This document shows, piece after piece, positions 40,637 through 54,974 of a stretch of DNA of 64,000 bases (position 1 is the stretch's first letter; the number at the start of each line of letters is the position of its first letter). The position numbers and the translations under genes were made by a program. Under the pieces are notes generated by a model. The model saw nothing but the letters and a program-made list of their open reading frames with translations. It did no database searches and had not been told where the DNA came from. This DNA is from Octopus vulgaris (Eukaryota). The stretch lies in the NCBI GenBank assembly GCA_951406725.2, contig OX597814.1, positions 188,108,001 through 188,172,000 of the forward strand, read 5' to 3'.

Positions 40637-40827
40637 TAATTTACTCTGTTATGTATTGAGTACCTTATTTACTGTGGTTAACCCCGACTCAACCCGGGAC
40701 CTACATATAGTATGTGTATATATATATATTATGTATATATGCGTAAATATGTATATATACATAATATATATACATATATATAATATATATATACATATAT
40801 ACATAACATATTTACATAACATATATA

Positions 40828-40876
<49 letters not shown>

Positions 40877-41841
40877 CATACATACATATATATATATATT
40901 GTCCAAACACCATGAATCACCCTAGTAACAATGTCACCAAATAAAAGAAAACTATATAGGCGTTGCTTTATATACTGAGTTCATCCTTTCACCCGTTTGA
41001 AAAAATTTAGAAAATGTAAACCATTTAACTGAAGTTGAGTACATGTTATGACAAATCTTTTATAACATGTATGTCCCCTTTTTCAAGCCCCCTTTAATGA
41101 AACAGAGATTTATAATAAAATAGGATTTTATGTTTATATTCTTTTTATATCTTAAGCTTGAAATCCATGCTTTGCATTCAAAGAGGAAGCGTCACCGATA
41201 TGCATGCATACATATATACATATATACATACATACATATATACATACATACATACATACATACATACTTACATATATGCATACATACATACATACATACA
41301 TACATGGATGCATGCATACATACATACATACATACATACATACATACATACATGCATAAATACATACATATATTCACACATACACACACACGTATATAGT
41401 GTTTGTGTGTGTATGCCTGTGTATGTATATATGTATCATATATGTAAATATGCATGCATATATATATATATATATATATATTTATGGTATTCATCTTAAG
41501 TTGCCGAACTGCTAGGTTGACTATGAAATGTAAATATAAGAATTTACAAATATGAACATATAAACAGTCATATACTATGCATATGCTAAGCAACTATGCA
41601 TATAAACATATGCACACAGACACGCACACGTAAACACACTAGTTCACACACACACGCACACACACACACACACACATACACATAGATGCATATGTGATCA
41701 TACGTATACATTTACGCACATGTATCTACGCGCCCGTCACAAAACAAATATTTTCTTGACAGATATATTAAGATAAATAAACGAGTATGTTAAAATGAAT
41801 ATGCGCGCATTAGATACATATACATATATGAATACGCTAGA

Positions 41842-41896
<55 letters not shown>

Positions 41897-42222
41897 CTCA
41901 TAACGTGCATATCAAATCTCGTATGCGTTATCGGCTGCTATACGCCATCATACAGCAGGGTTACGCCTTTCACTGGATAGCTACGTAGAATACCGTTAGT
42001 GCATGTAGAGTTTTCTACAAAAATTTATGAAACAAGAAGATAGAATGAACAGGGTTTACTCAGAAGTCACAATAAAAGAAACATTCATTGGTTGCAACTT
42101 TGAAGTCGCTTACTCTGTTCTTGTAAAAGTATAAATATGTATTTTAGAAAAAAAAGCATATTGAGTAACCTTTCAGTAATGTAAAATTGTTTTCGTTATA
42201 ACTTGACAGGAAAACAAAACAT

Positions 42223-42324
<102 letters not shown>

Positions 42325-42419
42325 GTCTGTATGTCTGCCTCTCTATGTATCTATCTGTCTATCTATCTGTCTCTCTATGTATGTATGTATGTATGTATGT
42401 ATGTATGTATGTATGTATG

Positions 42420-42450
<31 letters not shown>

Positions 42451-42552
42451 ATGTCTCTCTATGTATCTATCTGTCTCTCTTTCTATGTATGTATGTATGT
42501 ATGTATCTATCTATCTGTCAATCTGTTTGTCTTTCTATCCACATATATATAT

Positions 42553-42614
<62 letters not shown>

Positions 42615-42733
42615 GTGTGTACATTTATAAACACATACATACATACATACATACATACATAGGTACACATATTTATATATATTTACATATGATTCTTTTC
42701 TTATTACGTCAACAATATTTTATATGAACATAT

Positions 42734-42776
<43 letters not shown>

Positions 42777-43128
42777 CGTATTGTCACTGTGGCTAGAATG
42801 ATAATTATAGAGGAAGTTAGTAGATGGGCAGACAACAAGGTGAATTAGATGGGTTAAGGAGATAAACAGATTAAACAATTTGGATAAATGATATCTTCAA
42901 AGATATGCAGACAAGGAGACAGGCGTATTCTCGCAAGATGCAGACAGGGAGGTGAGGGTAAGGTAGGAAGAAGAATAGGTAAACAGCGAAGCTGGTTTTC
43001 AGGAGTAAGATATGTAACAAATAGGTAGAGTGCTAAATGGATAAATAAGTGGAAGGATGTATAAATAAGATAGACTGTATGGTAGATAGATAGGCTGGTG
43101 TATACGTAGATCAATAGTTATATAGAAC

Positions 43129-44085
43129 GACGAGCAAAACGCTCCCCTCCCCACGTCCAATGGACGGTGCTGAGTTGTCAAACATTTAAACCAAATTTTC
43201 TCAAAACAACTTGTCCGACTCTCCGACTGTCCGACTTATACACGCCCTGATACCGTCGGTATCTACATATCAAATTTGAGCGCAATCGGATGGAGGATGC
43301 CCGAGATCCTAGAAGACACACACACAGACAGACAGAACGGATTTTATATTTGAGAAACACTGGATCTTTTCGGTTTGAACGGCAGTTTTTTAAAAATAAT
43401 TTCCATGTAACTAAACACTTTTAAACTTCGTATACTGGTAGAATGTGTTTATAAAACATCTTTTTCTCTTGGCTTTATTGAGAAAATTCTATAGTTTGTA
43501 AGATATTTGTTGCTTTTTTTCTTCAATTTCTGCAATTTCAACCAATAAATGACGTCTATTGAGTTGAAAACATTCTGTGCCGTATGAATATGTCCCTCGT
43601 TTAAGAAACAGATTGGGTTTATTTACATTTCTGAAGAAAAAAGATACCCTTCCCCCCACCCCTAACCCTAATCCTAACCCTAACCTTAACTAACCCTAAC
43701 CCCAAAACAGATTGAAATGCAATAGATCGATAGTAGGGTCATAATTATGGGTGACAATTTCATATGACACCGCTAGAAAAACTGCCGTTCAAACCGAAAA
43801 GATCCGAAACACTGATTTAACCTAAATTTGAGACATCAGCAAAAGAAGAAATAAAGATAGACTGTTTTTCTATTCCAAGAAAAACGATTTTACAAATGCA
43901 CGTTCCCACGGCTTTATCGATCGCATTCTCACCTGGAATCGATTTTTGCAATTTTTTCGAGACTTACACACGCCCTGATACCGTCGGTATCTACATATCA
44001 AATTTGAGCGCAATTGGATGGAGGATGTTCGAGATCCTAGAAGACACACAGACAGACAGACAGAACGGATTTTATATAATAGATT
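43129..44085 (-). mobile_element. Helitron-like element with a duplicated 5' segment and a nested MITE
   Basis: Homologous to 21990-22333; 43237-43349 duplicates 43961-44077. Confidence 0.7.
43362..43805. mobile_element. MITE with ~29-bp TIRs, 8-bp TSD and internal telomere-like repeats
   Basis: ggatcttttcggtttgaacggcagttttt / aaaaactgccgttcaaaccgaaaagatcc; TSD gaaacact; (taaccc)n at ~43660-43703. Confidence 0.92.
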
Positions 44086-44280
44086 GGGCAGATACATAAA
44101 GGAGGTACATGTGTGTACGTGTGTGTGTATGTATGTATGTATGTATGTATGTATGTATGTATGTATGTATGTATGTATGTATGTATGTATTATATATACG
44201 TACATATATACATACATACGCACATACAGATAAGTGTATGCACACACAAAGACGCGCGCGCACAGATATATTGTATTGTT

Positions 44281-44596
44281 AAAAAAACGATAAACATCGC
44301 CCTTTTCAAGCCTAGCCAGGCTCATGGGCCCGGTTTCCCGGTTTCTGTGGCGTATGTGTTCCCCTCAGCTGCCAGTCCATCGCAGCGTTACTCGAGAAAC
44401 GGGAAGAGAGAGAGAGCGAGAGAAAGTTGTAACGAAAGAGTACAACAGGGGTCGTCACCACCCCCTGCCGGAGCCTCGTGGAGCTTTTAGGTGTTTTCAC
44501 TCAATAAACACACACAACACCCGGTCTGGGAATCGAAACCGTGATCCTCCAACCGCGAATCTGCTGCCCTAACCACTGGGCCATTGTGCCTCCACC
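44281..44596 (-). mobile_element. SINE family C with 13-bp TSD
   Basis: TSD atattgtattgtt at 44268-44280 and 44597-44609. Confidence 0.85.
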
Positions 44597-44789
44597 ATAT
44601 TGTATTGTTGGGATCACCCAAAGTTACAAATAAGATGTATTTTCTCAGCATAAAATAGTAACTGAATGGTCAACTCTCGATAGCAAATACATATGCATAT
44701 ATAGAGTGAAGAATACTGAAAATTACAAAGCTATATGAAAGATTCCGATGATGCGGTGGATGTTATCATATGATTAACGAAAAGTATTC

Positions 44790-45200
44790 CACGACAGACA
44801 GTGCCCGGTATGGGCCCCTATCCAGGGTTACGGAAAGGAGACAACCTTCAAAGAAATCCGGAGTGGAGTCCCGTAGGTGGTTTAGTGTTCGACTCGACAC
44901 TCTTCCGGCAGCTCCTGCAAACAAGCTGGTGCCAAACGTAATGCTCTGCACTCCTTTGGACTACAAGGCCGAGAGAGGAATCCTGACGATTTGGGCCAGG
45001 ATTTTCTTACACCTAGCCCAGGCCTGCGCAAGACTGGAGAGGAAACTGGAGAGGACATGAAATGTAAAAACCAGACTGGATTAGTTTATGCGCAACTCCA
45101 TTGTCTCCCGAGACAAAAGGATGCCAACAAACAACAACAATTCCACGACACTTATTTGATCCAATGGCTGTGGATTTGTACTAATAGACCGTGGTACTTC
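44790..45200 (+). mobile_element. Probable 5' region of an RTE-clade LINE
   Basis: GC-richer island. aaatccggagtggagtccc...ttccggcagctcctgc..caagctggtgccaaacgta resembles RTE 5' UTRs as I recall them; not searched. Confidence 0.45.
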
Positions 45201-46429
45201 AATCATCTGATAGCTTTCGAAGAGGAATTCCTTCTGATGAAGACCATTAAACAATAACTCTGATCTCTGTTATGGTGGCATAGCTACAATATTTTAATGC
45301 TGAGCATTTTCGATTAGGGAAAATCCTGCCCTTTCGTAGTCTGTTGATATTGGGGTGGATTTATCGAAGATGCTTCGTATTATTGAAGGTTGTTTCAGTC
45401 CTTGACCCTCGAGTTTCCTAATGAACTATATCAAGGCTATAAAATTTTCCTTTGATCTGAATAAATAGTAACTGTTGGTAATAACGGTTTTTGAAAGTAT
45501 TCGTAGTGAGTCTGGCAAATTTCTTCCGGTATCTCTCTGGGGTGTTATATATATATATGCATTGTTCATCTCACTTTTATCTCCGCTGGTGGTAGAGGTC
45601 CTTTGTCAAAGTTGTGCTTTCTTGTGGGTAGTATAGAGAGAATATTGAAATTATGATCAGAATTATGGCCAAAGGAGAGGGATATTCGGTTTTTAAACAG
45701 TTGATTTGAGGATTCCCCCATCTATAGACGTGTTTACTTATTTTCTTTTATCAGTGTATGTTTGTGGGTTTTTATAATTTCTTAAAATAAGTAATTTAAC
45801 CCTGAAAATATGTCTGTTAAGGTTATTTTTAAATTCCTATACGAATGCTTATCAGTCTTGTCCTCAAAAGAAAGCTAGCAAAAAGGACACGGAAGATCAA
45901 AATGTTCAATATAAACACTAAAGTTAAGAATTTATGAGGCATGCGTCCTCAGCATATTCATGTATGTTTCTAAGATATTTACTATTTATTCAAGATATGC
46001 TTATAAGCTAAATTCTTTCCATTTTCAAAGTCTATGTAAGATCCTAAATATCCAATGTTGATAAAATCAACAACATTCATGTTTTGCAGTTAAGATAACT
46101 GCTAAGCTTGGCATCGTGACATAATCTATTACAGACACGAGGTTTATTTTGAATTAAGTTTGCCGTATATCTTACTGGCGTATGTTTTCAGAATCAACAG
46201 TTCTATACAGAAAATACTGAACATCGATCACTGGGATTGCGGGTTCAAACCCAGTAGTATGCAGTTTCTCTGGTGTGAAAATCAGGATGTAGTACAACAT
46301 ATTAAGTTTTGTTGAAACGTTGCCAACATAGATATAGTGCAGCAGAGTATTATAGAATTGATTGCCTTTGGTCTTGTTCCATAGTTGATTGCTTAAGTTA
46401 TTTACTATAATTTTTAAAGAACATTTCTA

Positions 46430-46772
46430 TGTAGCTTGCTTACCAACCACATGGTTCCGGTTTCAGTCCCACTGCGTGGCACCTTGGATAGTCTTCTACT
46501 ATAGCCTCGGGCCAACCAAAGTAATCCGTTTGTCTGTCCTTGTTTGTCCCCTCTGTGTGTAGCCCCTTGTGGGTAGTAAAGAAATAGGTATTTCGTCTGC
46601 CGCTACGTTCTGAGTTCAAATTCCGCCTTTGTCGACTTTGCCTTTCATCCTTTCGGGGTCGATTAAATAAGTACCAGTTACGCACTGGGGTTGATATAAT
46701 CGACTTAATCCCTTTGTCTGTCCTTGTTTGTCCTCTCTGTGTTTAGCCCCTTGTGGGTAGTAAAGAAATAGG
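46430..46772 (+). mobile_element. Chimeric SINE A head plus SINE B tail-body-tail
   Basis: Family A head to ~46520, then family B tail|body junction gaaatag|gtatttcgtc. Confidence 0.75.
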
Positions 46773-47190
46773 TAATGGTAGTAAATGTGTGTACAACTGG
46801 AATTACTTGTTACTACTGTTGTTCTTGTTATGGCAGTTGTTATTGTTGTTGTCGTTGATAGTGTTGCTGTTTATATTTTGTCGATGTTGTTGTTACTGGT
46901 ATTGATAACGGAAGAACTTCGGTTTAGAGTTGGGTTGTAAAACGAATAAGATTAGTTAAGTGTTATAAAAATGGAGGAGAAACTATATTTCGAGAAAAAA
47001 GCAATGTAATAGGTTTTTGTACCGAAATATATTTGCGTTCGTTGAGGAAAAATAGAAAAGACGAATAACTAGATACGGAAAGATCCGGTTATTGGAAATC
47101 AATAAGGAGGTCACGTGATTCTCAGAGCCAATTACAACTACTTTTCATAAAGACTGAAACTAGTTTTCTTTCATTGCAACTGTCGAGTAT

Positions 47191-47239
<49 letters not shown>

Positions 47240-47496
47240 ATGCATGCATGCATGTATGTATGTATGTATGTATGTATGTATGTATGTATGTATGTATGTA
47301 TGTATGTATGTATGCTTGCATGGACACGTGCATGCGTGTAAGATACATACATACAAGCATACACCTATATATATATGTATATATATAAATAATATGTAAT
47401 ATATATGCATATATATGTATATGTACGTACATACATACACACACACCCATATATATATATGTATATATATGTATTATATATAAATGCATATATATG

Positions 47497-47545
<49 letters not shown>

Positions 47546-47890
47546 GCATATATAGCTACAGGACGTCACAAACCGTAAACAACATGAAATAAGAAAACGG
47601 AAGAGTTGAATACGCAAACAACGAGAGAAACAAATGGAAAACAGGACATGTAACATAAAGAACGACCCTTCATCAGTTGTCGGCTGTCCATCTAATCCTC
47701 ATTTCGAGCATTGAACGACAATATGAGTCTTCGAAGGCAGTCGCTCCTGCAAACCAAAATAGAATTGGGGATTTGTGGATGATCTAAGATGGTAACAAAA
47801 CAGGACAGTGGAGACATACAAGGAACCCAACGAAAACAAACATGGAGGGTCGTTAGACCAGACGAAGGTATATGTATGTATATATGTATG

Positions 47891-47922
<32 letters not shown>

Positions 47923-48172
47923 TGTATGTATGTATGTATGCATGCATGCATGCATGCATGCATGTATGTATGTATGTATGTATGTATGTATGTATGTATG
48001 TATGTATGTATGTATGTATGTATGTATGTATATGTATATATTCGTGCGTGCGCGTCTGTCAAGTATGGCAAGTATGTGTAGGATTGTGTGAACGTGTGTG
48101 TATAACTATATTTTACTGTCATTTTTATATATCTATCTATATAGCTGTCTATCATATATATATCTATATATC

Positions 48173-48238
<66 letters not shown>

Positions 48239-48890
48239 TGTGTGTGTGTGTGTGTGTATCTACAAGTGTGTGTGTGAGTGTATGTGTGCTCGGACGTACA
48301 CATAGAAACACGTGCACAGGTATATTTGTATATTTGCATGTATAAATAATATACAAACACCCGTGCATAATTGAATGTACTTACGTGTGCCCTGATATAC
48401 ATACATGTCTCTACAGTATATGTCTCTACAGTATATGTCTCTACACAAATTTAATTATATGCGATTGTATGCACACATATGTGAACATTAGTTGATGAGT
48501 GTTCGTAAATATAAGAAACGTGTATATCATCAGCACATTCAGTTATTAGTTTCCGAAGAAAAGTACGCAGCACACCATAAGATCCCGTGAATTAATTAAT
48601 TCCGTATAAGAAATTAACTTTAGCTTTGCTCCTAAACAATTACTCTAGATATTGACAGATATATAAACACTTTGACTACAAACCGAAACGAAGATGATGA
48701 AACTCAAGTAGTTTTAAATCTTAGTTGAGGATCATCCTGAGAGTAACACTATGTTATTAGCCTTCGTTTTCTCATTAGTGGATATAATCTTCCAAATTGT
48801 TTTAGAACTAGGTTTCAAATTCCTTCTTATGTAGAATTTATTGTTAATTCCTATGCTGTAAGGCCGTAGGTCTTAATCAAGTTATGAGTG

Positions 48891-48959
<69 letters not shown>

Positions 48960-49147
48960 TAGAAAAATGAAATATCTTTTTATGGATAATTCGTTTAACC
49001 GATACCTGGGTAGCAAATTCACATCAGAAATAACACGGTTGAAGTTGCGTGCCTAGGGCAGAGACTACGTGTTTTCGTGTGGAAATTTGTCTGTATTTTT
49101 ATAAAATTTATGAATAAATGAAAGAATGGAGTTGAACGACAAATTAA

Positions 49148-49256
49148 CAAATTTCCTTTATTTTCGACATATGTTTCGAAGGCTGCATATTCCTAATTGT
49201 TAAGGAATAAGGAGTACATTATGCCGCTTTCTCTTCAGGAAAAACAAGGAATTTAT
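49148..49256 (-). ncRNA. Type I hammerhead ribozyme with long helix II
   Basis: Minus strand: ttcctt-gt-ttttc-CTGAAGA-gaaagcggcata...tatgcagccttc-GAAA-CATATG-TC-gaaaa-ta-aaggaa; GUC cleavage at position 49166. Confidence 0.88.
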
Positions 49257-49331
49257 GTCAACATCAAGATTCACAAAAACTTTTAGATGACTGCTCTCAC
49301 TGTATATATGTATATATATATACAGAGAGAA

Positions 49332-49431
<100 letters not shown>

Positions 49432-52082
49432 CAAGTTCTTGCTCTTTAAAAACCTTTGTAAAGAGGTAATTCACGCGAGATATCAGGATGAATTAAATAT
49501 TTCAAATGTAACATTTCGTTGTCTTTCATATTCTATTCTTATTGGTATTCAATGTTCCAACAGAATTACCAAAACTTTCTACAGCACACTGTTTTCTAGA
49601 TTTTTAATATATTTTATTTTATCTGTTCTCAGTTTAAATATAATTGGGGTTAACTTCGTGTTCTTCCTTAACAGCCCTTTCACTCTCTGGATCACATTAG
49701 AAGTTTTCCTTTTCACCCAGCTGCAGTATACGTTTATGAAATGCTCACATTTCATAAACGGTGTACTGCAGTTGGGGTCGATAAGATAAATATCAGTTGA
49801 ACAACAACAACAACAACAACAATAAAATATCTACCGTGTATTAAGGAAAAAAAAAAACAAAACAAAAACGAACAAATTTGAAAAGTAAGCAAACTTTTCA
49901 AGTAGTGTTATGAAAAAGAAGCGAAAATATTTGTTACTGAACACCAAAATGCTGACTAAATTCAGAATGCTCTCATCACATAAATATTTACAAAGCAATT
50001 TCCAAAAAGAATATCAGTTCCTTATGCCTCTCCAAAGTCAACTAAAAAGAATGAACTTTTTTTCTTCTCAGAATGCCAAATTCATTTGGTCATGAGACAG
50101 CTACAGATAAAATACTTTCAGAAAAACCTACGCAGATTCTTACAGATACTGTTTCAGGATATTCTCAAAGACATTAACCGTTTTGGTGAATATGTTTAAT
50201 AGCTAACATTACTAGTAGATTATTTTTGTGTGTTCCCGAGAAATAGTTTTAAACTAAACAATAATTAAAAGATAGAAAAAGAAAGAAAATAAAGAACAAG
50301 AAACAAGAAATTACTTCAAGTACAAAATGCATATCTAACGCATGACTTAAGATTACACAAGTTAGCAAAGCCTGGGTCTCATGTGTGCACACGAACACAC
50401 ATATATTGATACTCACTTGCACACAAGTACACATATATTTGTATGCATATACAAACATAATCACTAGTGCATATATACACATATAAACACGCATCTTTTG
50501 ATATATATGCTGAACATGTTATTCAAATAACAGTGGAGAATATTTCTGCATATTACACCTTGTTTATTTACCTGTTTATTGAAGTAAGGCTAATGCACCA
50601 AAACTAAATATAACTATCACTTGAAGTGCGTTCTTAAATTGCTGCCACACCCACTTCGCAACACATTGCCCTTCTCGGGTCACTTCATTTGTTTTGCATC
50701 GTTTCTTGTATTTAGCTTTCTTCGCGTCCTTCTGAACCTTATCTAGCATTTTTGGTTTTATTTCTCTGCTGAAGTACAGCGTTCACACAGACATACCAGT
50801 AGCAGTATTATCAGTAGTTAAGTAGAGACGGTACAGCTGCTTCGACTAACATATTAGTAAATTTAATATGGTACCGAAGGAAGATGAATGATAGAAATTT
50901 TGGGGCATGGGGAAATTCCTTGCATTAATTAGTACAACCTTCTACATTCCCAGTTCATACAGTGCCGAGGTGTTCTCTGTCTTTCAGTTAATTATATAAG
51001 CACCAATAAAGTACATTTAATCGATCTACATCCCGATCCTTCCTTCCAACCCTGTTTCTGATCTCACCATATAGATATACAAGAAATCAATATTATATAA
51101 AATTATAGTAACAGAGTGGCAGAAATGGTAGAAAACTGGTCAATAAATGCCTAACAACTATTCGTTTCATTTTGTGTTCAAATCCCACTTTCAATTCACA
51201 AGTCAAAATGCACAGGAATTAAAATTGGCCCACCCTTGATGAATCGAGCGTAGAACCTCCTGGGGTTAATAAAAAATATGTATCCTTACTAAGAGGTGAA
51301 GGATGAGTGCACATACTAGGCTTGGTGGCAGCTAATGAGTAAAGGAAAGCTACACGCCCTCAGTGAGAGAGAGAAATCACAAAGACAAGGGAGGAGATAG
51401 ACTAAATACTAGAGAATAAATAAATGCTTTATTGACAGTTACTAAACATCATTATAAGAGATTTCTGTCTTCATTTCTAAATAGTATTACGTAATTAAAT
51501 TATAAAGCAAGCATCGAAGAAAATAAGACCTTTGTTATAAAAAAAAGAAAGCTACCTGTAGAAATGATTACAAATCGGCAATTCTTTTCAGATTTGTCTT
51601 TTGTAAACTTTCAAAAATATTTTTGCTTACGATAGCAATACTATTTTATAAGCTTAAAGCTTATAAGCGATCACCGTGTAATTACTAAAGAAAATAGTCT
51701 AATATTGAGGCTTGCGACATATAAGCCCTCAACAGAAAAAAGTAGGGTTTCTGTATGTATGAGACTCGAACCCATAGTTCGTTGTTCTTAACGAAAAAGT
51801 GTGCTACCATTACATCAACGTATATAATACATATACATTATTCTACCTAGACATAGTGGTACTAATATCCCGGTATTAGAACTCGATATACATATGCTCA
51901 GACACTATATCCCTCGTGTCTGCTATAGATGCAATAACTAACAGTTGAGTGTTGTGTTTCAATTGTCAATATATATATATATATATATATATTGACCAAA
52001 AGTCACCGAAATAAATCCATAAATATTAATAATCAATTTTATTTATTCATTCCAATTATATGGATGTTTAATAATTAATTCT

Positions 52083-52147
<65 letters not shown>

Positions 52148-53269
52148 TACCTACATATATATATATGTATATATACATGCATATATGGGTACAGGACATC
52201 AAAAAACGTTGAACACAATGAGAAACGAAAACATAAAAGCAAAAATATAGAAACGAACTTTTTTTCAAACAACGAAAAAACAGAGAAACGAGACATACAA
52301 CATAAAGAATATTCCCCTTTTTCAGTTGTCCCTGTTTCATCTACTCCGCGTTCCGAAGGAAAGGACAATATATACATACATATATATGTGTGTGTATGTG
52401 TGTGTGTATGTAAAGAGAGAAAAGGATAGAGGGATAGAGAGAGAGAGAAAAGGATAGAGGGATAGAGAGAGAGAGGCATCACTCCAGTTTTGTGCGCCGC
52501 TATTATTTTGATTCTTAAATCTTTCTAAAAAGTACATACTTTGTAATTAAAATTTGCAGTGATAGGTTTTCGAAGGAGTAGATTGCGATTATGCTGACAG
52601 CATTTAAAAATATATTTATTGCAAATATACAAATAGAACAATTTGTTTTATTTAATTATATTTTAAGGCAATAAATATTTTCTTTTGAAAATTAGTATTC
52701 AGTTCAACGCTTTGTATAAGCGCCAAGAAATCTAACAAAAGTTAAATTATAATTATTATATGTGGGATATATTTTCTGATATTATATATGGTGGCAAAGG
52801 TATACGTCCAGAATTGGCCTTCATCTGATATCCAACGCTCTGCTGTATAATATTATCAACATAAAGTCGCAGACAGGGTATTGAATAAATTCAATTGGAA
52901 TTCGGATTATTTTCTGGATTTGTGAAGGCGGCGAGCTGGCGAAATCGTTAGTATGCCGGACAAAATGCTTAGTGGCATTTCATCCTTCATTACCTTCTGA
53001 GTTCAAATTCGGGGTCGATGAAATAAGTACCGGTTACGCACTGGGGTCGATGTAATCGACTAGTCCCCTGCCCCTAAATTGCAGGCTCTTGTGCCTCCAG
53101 TAGAAAGAATTATTTTCTGGATTTGATAAAATCCAGTAAAAAAAGATGTGAAAGAAAAAATTGATTCCGAGCAGGATTTGAAATCGAAACACAAAGAAAG
53201 ACAACAATGTAACATAACGCATTCTGTTCGGTGTCCTAAACAGGGGTCCCCATCTACTAGGTTGTGGAC

Positions 53270-53645
53270 CAGAAGCAGACCGTGGAGCATTTGGTATCGG
53301 ACCTCCCAGAAAGTATGAACTTTAAAATTTTATTTCTATTTTAGTGCCAAAGATCCCGACAACGCCATCAGCCTGGGTTTCAAGGGCCCACAGCTTTTTA
53401 ATATTCTCCCAAAGAGCCTGAGGAACGTGTACAAAGTAGATGTAAGCGTTTTTAAATCAAATCTGGACCACTTCCTGTCGAGAGTCCTAGATGAATCTAC
53501 ATCACGGCAAGAGGTGCAAATGAGGGTAGCTATATCAAACTCTATTCTTCACCAAGTGCCACATATTGGAGGAGGCTCTCAGTAATAACAGTGTAGCAAA
53601 ATGGCGGTGCATCAGCATGGCCGCAGCTCTGAGCTGAAACTACAG
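53270..53645 (+). mobile_element. CR1-type LINE 3' remnant (second copy)
   Basis: SLGFKGPQLFNILPKSLRNVYKVDVSVFKSNLDHFLSRVLDE; tail ggcggtgcatcagcatggccgcagctctgagctgaaac. Confidence 0.75.
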
Positions 53646-54304
53646 AATATATATATATTATACACTTTATTACGTTCTGATTTGCGTGGTATCGCAAGAA
53701 ATCGGTCCGTTGTGTAAAATAGTTTGGGGATCGCTCCTCTATGCAGAGTCTAAACGAGCTTAGAAAACACAGGGACGTTGCGATAGAATTTAGAATTTCT
53801 TTCCCAACATCAGCTCTGACCCTACCATCCACGGTCTTCAATTATTATCACTAAAGCCAAGAATATGAGATGCAATTTGGTTTAACCATGTTGTTCACGA
53901 TACGTAAGTCGATATCCCATTGTTTAAACCGATGCTACGATTAGTTCTCTTCTCTTTCATCTACCACGAATCAATAATAGAAATATTATTACTGACGCCA
54001 CCTTTCATTGCTTGGTTCGATAAAAAAATACGTCGATTTATATAGTAGAAACGGTAAAGAATTGCACAAAGCGCCTTTGCCATGAATAGTATCGTCCTTC
54101 TTACTTTTACTTTTTCGATTGAAATTGAATCGGGAGTGTCAGAGACGGTGAAGCAGAGGTGGTTGGTGCGTGGTTTGGTGGGGCCATGGTTGCTATTCAT
54201 TACTATCAAGAAGGAGGTCGATGAGAAAACATGCATCGGTCAATATACGTAGTTTTTTTGTGTACACACTCCTACAACTGCATGACCCAGTACTGATGTA
54301 AAGC

Positions 54305-54868
54305 ATTGTCATTGTCATCATCATCATCATCATCGACGACCACTACCACACCTCCAACACCACCACCACCACCACCACACCTCCTCCTCTTCTTCCTCCT
54401 CCTCCACCACCACCACACTTCCACCACACCTCCACTACACCTCTACCACCATCAAAATAAAGAAGAAAATAGGAATGATAAAAAGAAGAGGACGACGACG
54501 AGTTGGAGGTGGAGTAAGAGAAGAAAAGAGAGAATAATAAAGATATATAGGTGGAGTAGAAGAAGGGAAAGATGAGGATGAGTGTGAGCATGAAGAAGAA
54601 GAAGAAAAAGAAGAGGAGGAGAAGGAGGAGAAGGAAGAAGAAGAAGAAAAAGAAAGAAAGAAGAAGAAGAAGAAGAGGAGGAAGAAGAAGAAGAAAAGGA
54701 AAGAAAGAAGAAGAGGAAGAAGAAGAAGAGGAGGAAGAAGAAGAAGAAGAAGAAAGAAAGAAGAAGAGGAAGAAGAAGAAGAGGAGGAGGAGGAAGAAGA
54801 AGAAGAAAGAAAAAAGAAGAGGAAGAAGAAGAAGAAAAAAGAAGAGGATGAGCGTGAAGAAGAAGAAG

Positions 54869-54900
<32 letters not shown>

Positions 54901-54915
54901 GAAATGATGACGAGG
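54305..54915. repeat. Compound (GAA/GGA/CCA)n low-complexity tract
   Basis: Directly visible. Confidence 0.95.
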
Positions 54916-54974
54916 AAAGAACAAATGTTAGCAGATTACGATCAGGAAGATGAGACCAAAAGAATGATGATAAG

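Noticed and set aside
43660-43703. Telomere or chromosome fusion site
   Set aside because: The repeats are internal to a MITE present three times in the window.
51757-51820. tRNA-like A/B boxes on the minus strand
   Set aside because: No complete cloverleaf; probably a decayed SINE head. The SINE heads elsewhere are likewise not tRNA genes.
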